The position numbers and the translations under genes are program-made. The notes beneath the pieces were generated by a model. That model did not search any database. It had not been told where the DNA came from and saw nothing but the letters and a program-made list of their open reading frames with translations. This document shows positions 35,517 to 44,444 of a DNA stretch of 64,000 bases, one piece after another. The stretch's first letter is position 1; each line of letters starts with the position of its first letter. Source of the DNA: Oscillospiraceae bacterium. Its GTDB lineage: Bacteria; Bacillota; Clostridia; Oscillospirales; CAG-272. The stretch spans positions 4,890 through 68,889 of the forward strand of contig SVSH01000010.1 of the NCBI GenBank assembly GCA_015064395.1, read 5' to 3'.

Positions 35517-37484
35517 CCTGTGCCGATTTTTCCGCCCCTGCGAGCGGCTCGCCTTGGCAGAGTGCTCTGCCTTGGTGGAACGCTTTCCGCCCGCCGCGTG
35601 AGATGCGGGCTTTTTCTTCTGAGAGTCAAAGCTCTTTTTATTACCATTGCCCTGAGTTGCCGGACGTGCCACGCCACCCTCGGGACGAACCAAGCATTCC
35701 GGGCGGTTGCCGATCAGATCGGTGCGGCCGCACAGGCGCAAGGCCTCACGTACCAGCGGCGCGTTGGCCGGTCGATTGTACTGAAGAAGCGCTCGCTGAA
35801 GCTGTTTTTCATGATAGTCGGTCGTGACGTGCACCGCCTTGCCCGTTAAGGGATTGAGCCCGGTGTAGTACATAACGGTCGAGGCTGTGCCCGGCGTGGG
35901 ATAGAAATCCTGCACCTGCTCTGGGGCGTAGCCGTCTCGCTTGAGGCACACGGCCAGCTCTACCGCGTCAGACAGCGTCGAGCCGGGGTGGCTGGACATC
36001 AGGTAGGGCACGAGATACTGCTCCTTACCCATCTGATGCGTCAGATCAAAGAATTTGCCGCGGAACTTCTCATATACATCAAAGTGAGGCTTGCCCATGG
36101 CGTCAAGCACGCCGGCGGCACAGTGCTCGGGTGCGACCTTGAGCTGACCGCTGACGTGGTCGCGCACCAGCTTGCGGAAAAAGGCGTCGTTTTTGTCCTG
36201 CAGGAGATAGTCAAAGCGAATACCCGAGCGAATGAACACCTTTTTGACGCCCTTCACGGCCTGAACCCTTTCGAGCAGCTTGATATATTCGCTGTGATCG
36301 GCCACGAGATTTTTGCAGGGCTTGGGGGCGAGGCACTTGCGAGTGGTGCATACGCCGTTTTTGAGCTGCTGCTCGCAGGCGGGAGAGCGGAAGTTGGCCG
36401 TCGGACCGCCTACGTCGTGAATGTAACCCTTGAAGGTGGGTAGCTTGACGATCTCCTCCGCCTCGGCTACACAGCTTTCAATACTGCGCGAGCGCACGGT
36501 GCGTCCTTGATGGAAGGCCAGGGCACAGAAGTTGCAGGCACCAAAGCAGCCGCGGTTGTGGGTGATGGAGAATTGGACCTCCTCAATGCCGGGTACGCCG
36601 CCCATTGTTTGATACGAGGGGTGGTAGGTGCGGGCATAGGAGAGGGCATACACGCGGTCCAGCTCCTCCCGCTCCAGGGGGGGCATGGGGGGATTTTGGA
36701 CTAAGATCTTGTTGTCGTAGTGCTCCACGATGGCACGGCCCGTGATGGCGTCCTGGTTTTTGTATTGTACGCCGAAGGCCTCGGCCAAGCGGCGCTTGTC
36801 CGTTTTGAGATCATCATAATCGAACTCTGCCGCGACGGGATAGTGGATCTTATCCTCGGGCTTGCAAAGGTAGACGGTGCCTCTCACGTCGCGGATCTTT
36901 TTGACGGGCACGCCCCGCGCGAGCAGCTCGGCGATGCGGAGCAGAATGTTCTCGCCCATGCCGTAGGTCAGAATGTCGGCGCGGGAGTCTACCAAAATAG
37001 AGCGACGCACACGGTCGTCCCAGTAGTCGTAGTGGGCAAAGCGGCGGAGAGACGCCTCCAGCCCTCCAATGATGATGGGCACGTCACCGTAGGCTTGGCG
37101 GATGCGGTTGCAGTAGACGATGGTGGCGCGGTCAGGGCGCTTACCCATGACGCCGCCCGGGCTGTAATAGTCGTAGGTGCGGCGCTTTTTGGCGACGGTG
37201 TAGTGAGCGACCATCGAGTCGATGTTGCCTGCGGTGACGAGAAAGCCCAGCCGCGGACGGCCAAATTCACAGAACGCCTCGGCACTTTTATAATCGGGCT
37301 GGGAGAGGATGGCCACACGGTAGCCGGCCGCCTCCAGCACCCGGGAGATGATGGACACGCCAAAGGAGGGGTGATCGACGTAAGCGTCACCCGTCACGTA
37401 GACAAAGTCGGGGGCGTCCCAGCCTCGCGCGTCCATATCGGCGCGGTCGATGGGCAGAAATTGCGGATGAAGGGAAGATTGCAT
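35514..37484 (-). CDS. ygiQ: YgiQ family (UPF0313) radical SAM protein
   Basis: 656 aa from MQSSLHPQFLPI. N-terminal DAYVDHPSFG, the radical SAM cluster CFGACNFC, and a basic C-terminal tail. Confidence 0.88.
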   Translation of the reverse strand: MQSSLHPQFLPIDRADMDARGWDAPDFVYVTGDAYVDHPSFGVSIISRVLEAAGYRVAILSQPDYKSAEAFCEFGRPRLGFLVTAGNIDSMVAHYTVAKKRRTYDYYSPGGVMGKRPDRATIVYCNRIRQAYGDVPIIIGGLEASLRRFAHYDYWDDRVRRSILVDSRADILTYGMGENILLRIAELLARGVPVKKIRDVRGTVYLCKPEDKIHYPVAAEFDYDDLKTDKRRLAEAFGVQYKNQDAITGRAIVEHYDNKILVQNPPMPPLEREELDRVYALSYARTYHPSYQTMGGVPGIEEVQFSITHNRGCFGACNFCALAFHQGRTVRSRSIESCVAEAEEIVKLPTFKGYIHDVGGPTANFRSPACEQQLKNGVCTTRKCLAPKPCKNLVADHSEYIKLLERVQAVKGVKKVFIRSGIRFDYLLQDKNDAFFRKLVRDHVSGQLKVAPEHCAAGVLDAMGKPHFDVYEKFRGKFFDLTHQMGKEQYLVPYLMSSHPGSTLSDAVELAVCLKRDGYAPEQVQDFYPTPGTASTVMYYTGLNPLTGKAVHVTTDYHEKQLQRALLQYNRPANAPLVREALRLCGRTDLIGNRPECLVRPEGGVARPATQGNGNKKSFDSQKKKPASHAAGGKRSTKAEHSAKASRSQGRKNRHR

Positions 37485-37551
37485 GAGAGATCCTTTCACG
37501 ATACAGATAGAAAGGGCGACGGTGCGTCGCCCTTTTTTGATTGGCAAAAAA

Positions 37552-38175
37552 TCAGATGAACTCGGTCGAGTCGGTCGATTCCTCTGCGGTGGGAGCGACC
37601 TGTGCCAGTCCTGCCTCGAGCTTGAGGTTTTCATAGAACTCGGCTTCGGCGGCCTGCATATAAGGCGCGACGAAGATGGTCAAAATACCAAATGTCAGGA
37701 TGGAGAGCAGAATCCAGCCGATGAAGCTGAAGTGCAGGCAGAACAGCTGCCACTTGTGACCGTTCATCATCTCGCGGGAGCGGGTGATGGCCTCGTTGGC
37801 GCCCATCTCGGGGTTGTCGTTCATAATGTAGAAGGCCATGGAATAGGAATATCCCTTAACGATACCGGGAATGATGAACAGGAGCGCCCAGAGGAAGGTA
37901 TAAACCTGTACAAGAATATAGGTGAGCATTTTGTTGACAAAGCCTTTGGTAAGGTTTTCAAACATGCCTTCGATCTTGGTGCTGCCCGTGCGAGCCAGCT
38001 GTACAAATACAGCGATCAGACCGGCATACAAGGGGCCGGCAAGAATCAGGGAGCCGATACCGGTGGTGGACAGTGCACCGATGATCAGGCTGTAGAGCAA
38101 ATAAGCCAAAATAGCGACGCCCCAGTTACCACTCAGGCGGCCCCAGGCCTGTCTTCTGTAGTCTTTTGCAAACAT
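37552..38175 (-). CDS. DUF975 family integral membrane protein
   Basis: 207 aa. MFAKDYRRQAWGRLSGNWG with multiple TM helices is the typical DUF975 layout. Confidence 0.7.
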   Translation of the reverse strand: MFAKDYRRQAWGRLSGNWGVAILAYLLYSLIIGALSTTGIGSLILAGPLYAGLIAVFVQLARTGSTKIEGMFENLTKGFVNKMLTYILVQVYTFLWALLFIIPGIVKGYSYSMAFYIMNDNPEMGANEAITRSREMMNGHKWQLFCLHFSFIGWILLSILTFGILTIFVAPYMQAAEAEFYENLKLEAGLAQVAPTAEESTDSTEFI

Positions 38176-38269
38176 ATGTATTACCTCCAGGTCTTATTTG
38201 ATTTTATTGTATGCGATTTTTGATGATTTGTCAATAAGAAGCGCGAGATTTCCGACAAAAAAGGGGGGA

Positions 38270-38911
38270 TCAAGCCTTGGCAGGCATGTCGCGGGATTCG
38301 ACGATCCAAATTGCTCCCCGCCGCACGGCAATAAAACAGCAGTTGCCGGTGATCTCATTGGATACGGCGTACCCGAGGGAGCGGGTCAGCTTTGCGCCCT
38401 TGAGGGGATACTTGACGCCGTCGATCTCCACGCCGCGAACGAGTGGATCCAGGGCAAGCAGGGACACGTAGGTGTAACCGCTACGGGGAAGAATGGTGCT
38501 GTCGTTGCGCAACAGGCGCACGCGGTTTTGGCCGTCCTCGATCATGGCTCGGACCTTTTGATTGGCCAGCTCTTCCAGGATGGACAGATTGGACAGCGTG
38601 TGGTCGAGCCGACTGCTAAGGCCTCCTAAGATGTGGATCTCGTCAGCGCCGCGTGCCAGTGCGACCCGGACGGCCAGTTGGGTGTCGGTCTCGTCCTTTT
38701 CCGCCGGGACGGTGATGACCTCAACGCCGGCATCCACCTCGGGCGCGTGGCCAAGGGAATCGTAGTCGCCGACGACGATGGCAGGGGACAGCCCCAGTGC
38801 CGCGGCGTGGAGAAGCCCCGAATCGGCGGCGATGATGAGGTCGTCCTTGGCAGGGGAGATATGGATATTTTCGGGGTGAATGACACCGCCGGTGAGGATG
38901 TAGGATTTCAT
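38270..38911 (-). CDS. thiN: thiamine diphosphokinase
   Basis: 213 aa. Motifs IAADSG and GDYDS. Terminal gene of the conserved rsgA-(rpe)-thiN cluster. Confidence 0.85.
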   Translation of the reverse strand: MKSYILTGGVIHPENIHISPAKDDLIIAADSGLLHAAALGLSPAIVVGDYDSLGHAPEVDAGVEVITVPAEKDETDTQLAVRVALARGADEIHILGGLSSRLDHTLSNLSILEELANQKVRAMIEDGQNRVRLLRNDSTILPRSGYTYVSLLALDPLVRGVEIDGVKYPLKGAKLTRSLGYAVSNEITGNCCFIAVRRGAIWIVESRDMPAKA

Positions 38912-38930
38912 AACGCATTCCTTTCGGAGG

Positions 38931-39232
38931 CTAAATTTGTTAGAGCTTGTGTAGCCTAAGCGGACTCGAACCGATCAGCCTCTCGCGCGAAAAATTTTCG
39001 CGTCTTTACGCGTGACTCGGCTTGAAAAGTCCGCACTTTCCGGCGCCTCGTCCCGCAAAAATCCATCAAAAATTTTTCAGGCGAGAGGTGCCTTGCAGTT
39101 TTAGGCGAGCAAATATTTGTCATAGGCAAGGAAAAAAGGCGAAGCAATATGCGGATATTGCAAGACTTTTTGACACAGCATATGCGGATATTTGCCGCCT
39201 AAAACCTCATTGGTTCGAGCCCACTTAGGCTA
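38931..39232. repeat. palindromic element with tRNA T-arm/acceptor-like inverted termini (locus R6a)
   Basis: TAGCCTAAGCGGACTCGAACCGAT (38952-38975) pairs with ATTGGTTCGAGCCCACTTAGGCTA (39209-39232), an imperfect 24-nt inverted repeat. Internal long-range complements are 38976-38986 with 39081-39090, and 39099-39116 with 39188-39204. It is preceded by CTAAATTTGTTAGAGC (38931-38946). Confidence 0.8.
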
Positions 39233-39619
39233 GCCGGACGCTCACACTGTGCTTTGCACGCGCTCGCGAACAGTTCTTTTGTTCATTCTTTCTTGTCCGA
39301 GAAAGAACGAACCAAGAAAGCGGACTAAGGGGTCTAATACCCCTTAGAACCCCGCAAAACCTTTTGCTTTCTTCGTCTGCCGCTCGTGTTGGGCTATATG
39401 GCGAGAGATGCGCAAGGAGTATATATGTCTTTCTCCTCCGTCCACTTTGCAGAGCGGCACGGGAAGGGAGTTCCAAGAGGGAACGTCTTGGCGCGCTTTC
39501 TTGGTTCGTTCTTTGCCGCGTGGCAAAGAATGAACATTCCTGCTGTCCGCGAGCGCGTGCAGCTCGACGAAGTCGAGGTGGGCTGTGCGAGCCTGTAGAA
39601 AAAGGTGCAGAAAATTTAG
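39233..39619 (+). repeat. modular repeat element, locus R6b
   Basis: Hairpins at 39281-39312 and 39504-39535 (TTCTTT/AAAGAA type), CTAAGGGG/CCCCTTAG, the long-range GCCGCTC...GAGCGGC module, and CCAAGA-GGGAACG-TCTTGG (39473-39491). The terminus ...GAAAATTTAG lies 2 nt before the rsgA stop. Confidence 0.9.
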
Positions 39620-39621
39620 TC

Positions 39622-40644
39622 TTAATGATGAGAAGGAACTTTCGTCCACGGGTGCTTGTCCTTGAGATCGTTGTAAATGCTGACAAAGCTTTCGTGGCGG
39701 GAGGGGGCGATATCGCCGCGGCGGACGGCCTCGAGCACGGCACAGCCTTCCTCCTTGAGGTGCGTACAGTCGGAATAGCGGCACTGCCCGAGATAAGGGG
39801 CAAAATCGCGCATGGTCAAGGGCAGATCGTCCTTTTCAAAGAAATCAAAGCGGGTAAAATCGAGAAGCGAGAAGCCGGGCGTGTCGGCAATATAGCCGGT
39901 CGCCTCCCCACAGCCCGGCAACAGCTCGGACAGGGGGAAAAGTGTGACCTCGCGGGTCGTGTGGCGGCCGCGGGCGTTCTTTTGGCTGATATCGCCCGTC
40001 ATGCGGGCAAGCGAGGGGAACAGCCGATTCATCAGGGTGGATTTCCCCACGCCCGATGCGCCGGCAAAGGCGGCGAGCTTGTCGCGCGCATTCTCACGGA
40101 TATAGCTTGCGACCTCGGCGATGCCCTCGCCCCTCTCACAGCTGACGACAAAGCTGGCAAAGCCGGCCTTGGAATACAATGCCTGCAATTCACGCGCACG
40201 GGCAGCGTCCAGATCGGATTTGCCCACGATGATGACGGGCTCGATGTGATTATGCTCGGCGATAGAGATGAGCTTGTCCACGGTTGGCAAGAGCGGCGCG
40301 GGCTTGGCGGCCGCCATGGAGACGAACAGCACCTCCAGATTGGCCATGGGCGGACGAATGAGAGCGCAACGGCGGGGGAGAATGTCCTCGATGCGGATGC
40401 CGCTACCATCCTCGGCGGGGGTCGGATTGCCTGCTTCGTCCGTTTTCAGCACGGCCGAGTCGTAGCCAACGACGACGCGGTCACCGGGCAGAGGCGTGGT
40501 GCCCTCATGCCGAAAAACACCGCGGGCGCGGCAGGTAATGGTCATGCCGTCGAGCGGTGTGGGGGCGTTGGGTGTGACGTCCAGGCGGATGGTATAGAGG
40601 CCGCCGACGCCTTGTGTGATTCGTCCGTGGGTTTGGTAGTTCAT
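39622..40644 (-). CDS. rsgA: ribosome small-subunit-dependent GTPase A (RsgA/CpgA)
   Basis: 340 aa. Circularly permuted GTPase with GKSD then GASGVGKSTLMN, and a C-terminal zinc knuckle CRYSDCTHLKEEGC. Confidence 0.92.
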   Translation of the reverse strand: MNYQTHGRITQGVGGLYTIRLDVTPNAPTPLDGMTITCRARGVFRHEGTTPLPGDRVVVGYDSAVLKTDEAGNPTPAEDGSGIRIEDILPRRCALIRPPMANLEVLFVSMAAAKPAPLLPTVDKLISIAEHNHIEPVIIVGKSDLDAARARELQALYSKAGFASFVVSCERGEGIAEVASYIRENARDKLAAFAGASGVGKSTLMNRLFPSLARMTGDISQKNARGRHTTREVTLFPLSELLPGCGEATGYIADTPGFSLLDFTRFDFFEKDDLPLTMRDFAPYLGQCRYSDCTHLKEEGCAVLEAVRRGDIAPSRHESFVSIYNDLKDKHPWTKVPSHH

Positions 40645-40678
40645 ATGTATCCTTTCGGGGGGATTTAGGGGGGAGGTT

Positions 40679-41093
40679 AAAGTTTTTAGAGCTTATGTAG
40701 CCGGAAGGGCGCGCCACAACGCGGCGCGCTTTGTGGGTGTGTTACTTCTTTCTCATTCAAGAAAGAAGTAACCAAGAAAGTGAACCCGGACGTTCCCTCC
40801 GGGGCCTCCCTTTTCGTGCCACGCTACAAAGCGGTACAAGAGAGATCAAATATGCTTTCCTTATGCAGATCTCCAAGGGAGACAACACGCGTGGCAGGCG
40901 GAAAAAGCAAGAAATTTTTGCAATCTCCACAGGGGCGTTCTTCGAACGCCCGCGGGCGAACGCAGTTCGCCCCTACAGGTAAATCTAACATCGTGGAGCG
41001 AGTGGGAAGGGGCCCACGAGCTTGCGATAGTACCTATGGAACAGCGCACTCACTTTCCCATACAGGGCAAGGAGAAGTTGTCCCGGCTACACT
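40679..41093 (-). repeat. modular repeat element, locus R7
   Basis: Contains GTAGCCGGAAGG + GCGCGCCACAACGCGGCGCGC, GTTACTTCTTTC/GAAAGAAGTAAC (40741-40772) and CCCGGA-CGTTCCC-TCCGGG (40785-40803). The inverted long-range stem has the compensated arms GCCACGC (40818-40824) and GCGTGGC (40889-40895). Right end AAGGAGAAGTTGTCCCGGCTACAC. Confidence 0.85.
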
Positions 41094-41177
41094 CCTGTTT
41101 CCTCCTTGAAGATTTTTGAAGGGTCGTAGGGAAACTTTTTTCAAAAAGTTTCCCTACACCGTCCCCTCTCGCGTCCC

Positions 41178-41978
41178 CTACTCCTCATTCTCTAATATCA
41201 TCTCTTCCTCCTCAAGCCCGCCGCGGCTGATCACTAAATGGGCGGCCGAGCCGGCGGGGACGAGGGTACCTGAGAGCGGGCGCTGGGAAATGACACAGCC
41301 CATGGGGACGGAGGAGGAATATTCGTATTCGGGGGCATCGGGTTTGAGTCCGCGCAGAACCAGCGCGTTGTTAGCGAGTGCCTGCTCGCTGCCCACAACG
41401 TCGGGGACGCGGACGGTCTTGCGCGTCAGCGCACGGCTGATCGTCAGCGTTACGACCTCGCCCTCGCGCACGATTGTCCCTTCCGCGGGCTCGACGGCGA
41501 TGATCTGCCCGGGCGAGAGATCCGATCTCGTTTGTTCCTCGGTGTGAACGATCAAGCCCTGCGCCTGTAGCTGCAAGGTCGCTTCCTTGCCGCTTTTTCC
41601 AATCATAGGCGGTAGCGTGTATTGCGCCGCTCCTGTGCTGACGGTCAGACGAAGCGTACACGGGGCTCGTCCCGGTACGACGCGGCGTCGGCTGGCAGGG
41701 GGTGGGTCCTGCGAGAGCACCGTGCCGGGGGCAGTCGCCTTGTCGGCACGGTAGTCGTATACCACCTCGTATAGATCGGGCGGCAGTCGCTCGTCGTTGT
41801 CGGTCAAAACCTCGCCCACGAGCGCTGGGAAGGTGATCTCGATGCTATCCTGATCCCTTCGGGGAAGGTAGGTGGCAAACAGATAGGTGGACACCAGTGC
41901 ACCGATCGAAAAAAGAAAGAAGATGCAGACAAGAAGCGCGCGGCAAAGGCGGCGGCCATAGGGCTTTGGGGATCGCAT
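41178..41978 (-). CDS. membrane-anchored protein with three PASTA domains and no kinase domain
   Basis: 266 aa. Short basic N-terminus, one TM (LLVCIFFLFSIGALVSTYLF), then three PASTA-like repeats starting near FPALVGE, LPPMIGKSG and VPDVVGSE. It occupies the prkC slot between rlmN and rsgA. Confidence 0.8.
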   Translation of the reverse strand: MRSPKPYGRRLCRALLVCIFFLFSIGALVSTYLFATYLPRRDQDSIEITFPALVGEVLTDNDERLPPDLYEVVYDYRADKATAPGTVLSQDPPPASRRRVVPGRAPCTLRLTVSTGAAQYTLPPMIGKSGKEATLQLQAQGLIVHTEEQTRSDLSPGQIIAVEPAEGTIVREGEVVTLTISRALTRKTVRVPDVVGSEQALANNALVLRGLKPDAPEYEYSSSVPMGCVISQRPLSGTLVPAGSAAHLVISRGGLEEEEMILENEE

Positions 41979-42022
41979 GAAAACCTCCGTACAGGCGTAT
42001 TTTATGTACGGAGAGCAAGTTA

Positions 42023-43111
42023 CTACTCCTTGTTCTCGGATTCCTTGGCGGCCGCACGGCGGAGCTGACCGCAGGCGGCGTTGATGTCGGGGCCCAGCTT
42101 TCTTCTCACCGTCGCGCGGATGCCCCGCTTTTCCAGCGTAGCGGCAAAGGCGCGGACAGCCCGCTCGCCCGAGCGGACAAAGCCGGTCTCGGTGACCTCG
42201 TTGACGGGAATGAGATTGACGTGAATGGGCATGGTGTCGCTCCTCGAGCGCAGGCGGCTGTTGAGCAGTCGCGCCAGCTTCTCGGCCTGCTCGACCGAGT
42301 CGTTCTTGCCCGAAATGAGGGTATATTCAAACGAAATGCGGCGTGTCGTGACCGCATAGTAGCGGCGGCAGGCGGCGAGCAGCTCGTCCACGCCCCAGCG
42401 GTTGTTGATGGGCATGATGGCACTGCGCGTCTCATCGTCGGGCGCGTGAAGGGAGATGGATAGCGTAATCGGGAAATTCAACTGCGCCAGCGCATCGATC
42501 TTGTCGACAAGGCCACAGGTGGACAGCGAAATATGTCGATAGCCGATGCAAATACCGCTCGGCTCGTTGACAAGGCGCAGGAACTTGACGACAGCGTCAA
42601 AATTGTCCAGCGGCTCGCCAATGCCCATCATGACGATATTGTCAATGCGCTCACCCAGCTCCTTTTGGGCGGCGATGACCTGTCCGAGCAGCTCGCCTGC
42701 CGTCAGATCGCGCACGCGACCGCCAATGGTGGAGGCGCAAAAGCGACAACCCATGCGGCAGCCCACCTGCGAGGAGATGCAGATGGTGTTGCCGTGCTCG
42801 TATTTCATAATGACGCTCTCGACGCAGTTGCCGTCGGACAGCGAGAACAACAGCTTGACCGTGCCGTCAATGGCCGATACCAGCTTGCGCTCCACTTGCG
42901 GCAGGTGATAGTACGCCACCTCGGCCAGCTTTGCGCGGGTCACCTTGCCGACGTTGGTCATGTCGTCGGGTGAAAGCCCCCGGTGCAGCTGGGGGAATAT
43001 CTGTCCTGCGCGGTATTTGGGCTCGCCCAACGACACGAGCAGCTCTGCCAGCTCGTCGGGCAGGAGCGAGAGCAATTCTACTTTAGTATTCGTATCTTGC
43101 ATGAGTTTCAT
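42023..43111 (-). CDS. rlmN: 23S rRNA/tRNA adenine-C2 methyltransferase RlmN (radical SAM)
   Basis: 362 aa. Cluster CRMGCRFC and the MGIGEP motif. Confidence 0.95.
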   Translation of the reverse strand: MKLMQDTNTKVELLSLLPDELAELLVSLGEPKYRAGQIFPQLHRGLSPDDMTNVGKVTRAKLAEVAYYHLPQVERKLVSAIDGTVKLLFSLSDGNCVESVIMKYEHGNTICISSQVGCRMGCRFCASTIGGRVRDLTAGELLGQVIAAQKELGERIDNIVMMGIGEPLDNFDAVVKFLRLVNEPSGICIGYRHISLSTCGLVDKIDALAQLNFPITLSISLHAPDDETRSAIMPINNRWGVDELLAACRRYYAVTTRRISFEYTLISGKNDSVEQAEKLARLLNSRLRSRSDTMPIHVNLIPVNEVTETGFVRSGERAVRAFAATLEKRGIRATVRRKLGPDINAACGQLRRAAAKESENKE

Positions 43112-44421
43112 TCCTTTATCAGCTTTGCCACAAAAAATCCGTCGGTGCCGTGCTCGTCGGGCGTCAGTGTCAGCATACCGCCCTCGCTTGTCAGATCCCC
43201 CACGGCGAAGTCCACAAGAGAGAACTCGGGGTGGCGTGCAAGGAAGCGGGCGACGTTGCCTTCGTTTTCTTCCGGCAAGAGCGTGCAGGTCGAGTAGACC
43301 AGCACACCGCCCGATTTGACGTATCGGCAGGCGCTCTCCAAAATGTCCAACTGAATGTCAGGGAGCCTTGCGATATCGGACAGATCCTTGTAGCGGATTT
43401 CGGGCTTTTTGGCGAGCACCCCAAAGCCGGAGCAGGGGACGTCGCAAAGCACGCGGTCAGCCACGCCCTCCAAGGCGGGGTCGAAATCTCGACCGTCACG
43501 GGCGGCGACTGTTATGTTGGTAAGACCCAGCCGTAAGGCACCCTTTTCGATCAGAGACAGCTTGTTCTCATGCAGATCGAAGGCGGCGAGTGAGCCTGTG
43601 TTTTTCATATGGATGGCCATGCCGAAGCTCTTGGAGCCGGGGCAGGCGCAGATGTCCAAAACCCGCATACCCTCGCGTGCATCGACGGCCTCGACGCACA
43701 CCTGGCTTGCCTCGTCCTGGACGAAAAAGTCTCCCGTGTCAAAGCCGGGAAGTGCGGTCGGGTTGCCTCCCTCCAAGCGCAACGCAAAGGGGGCGTGCAG
43801 GGCGGGGGATACCGCCGCTCCTGCGGACGTCAGGCGCGCGGATAGCTCGTCCATGCTTGTGCGATAAGTGTTGACACGGATGGTCAAGGGTGGCGTGCGG
43901 TCAATGGCGCAGAGCTCGCGCTCGGCACGCGCAAAGCCAAAGATGCCGACGAAACGCTCACAAAGCGCCATCGGAAAGGAGTAGGCCACAGACAAATAAG
44001 CAAGCGGCTCACGCTCGCGGTCGGGCAGGGCAATCTGTTCTCCCTCGCGCGTATAGCGGCGCAACAGGGCGTTGACATAACCGCGCGAGCGCTTGGGAGC
44101 GAGAGACACCGTCTCGTTGAGAGCGGCGTGGGCAGGGATGCGATCCATAAAGCGGAGCTGATACAGTCCCATGCGAAGAAGAATGCGCACCTCGGCGTCC
44201 AGCCCGTCCACCGGGCGGTCGGACAGCGCGGCGATCAGATAGTCCAGCGTCAGCTTTTTCTCCAACACACCGTAGACAAGCGCCGTTAAAAGACCTCGAT
44301 CTGCGTCGCCGAGGGTGTTGCGACGAATGGCGGTGTCCAGTATTAAATTGGAATACAGATTGTCGTGCTCACAGCGAAGGAGCAGTGACAGCGCCAGGGC
44401 GCGCGGAGTCTGATTGTTCAT
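43108..44421 (-). CDS. rsmB: 16S rRNA m5C967 methyltransferase RsmB (Sun)
   Basis: 437 aa. NusB-like N-domain, SAM motif DICACPGSKS, and catalytic DVPCSG and TCT residues. Confidence 0.9.
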   Translation of the reverse strand: MNNQTPRALALSLLLRCEHDNLYSNLILDTAIRRNTLGDADRGLLTALVYGVLEKKLTLDYLIAALSDRPVDGLDAEVRILLRMGLYQLRFMDRIPAHAALNETVSLAPKRSRGYVNALLRRYTREGEQIALPDREREPLAYLSVAYSFPMALCERFVGIFGFARAERELCAIDRTPPLTIRVNTYRTSMDELSARLTSAGAAVSPALHAPFALRLEGGNPTALPGFDTGDFFVQDEASQVCVEAVDAREGMRVLDICACPGSKSFGMAIHMKNTGSLAAFDLHENKLSLIEKGALRLGLTNITVAARDGRDFDPALEGVADRVLCDVPCSGFGVLAKKPEIRYKDLSDIARLPDIQLDILESACRYVKSGGVLVYSTCTLLPEENEGNVARFLARHPEFSLVDFAVGDLTSEGGMLTLTPDEHGTDGFFVAKLIKE

Positions 44422-44444
44422 GGTGGATGATCTCCAAGGAAAGA

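Noticed and set aside
38931-39232. A tRNA or tmRNA gene, suggested by GGTTCGAG T-loop boxes and acceptor-like ends
   Set aside because: The T-arm-like motif occurs on both strands as an inverted repeat 280 nt apart. There is no D-arm or anticodon arm at tRNA spacing. The acceptor would start with T rather than G. No CCA end and no tmRNA tag-reading frame were seen. It is reported as a repeat or ncRNA candidate instead.
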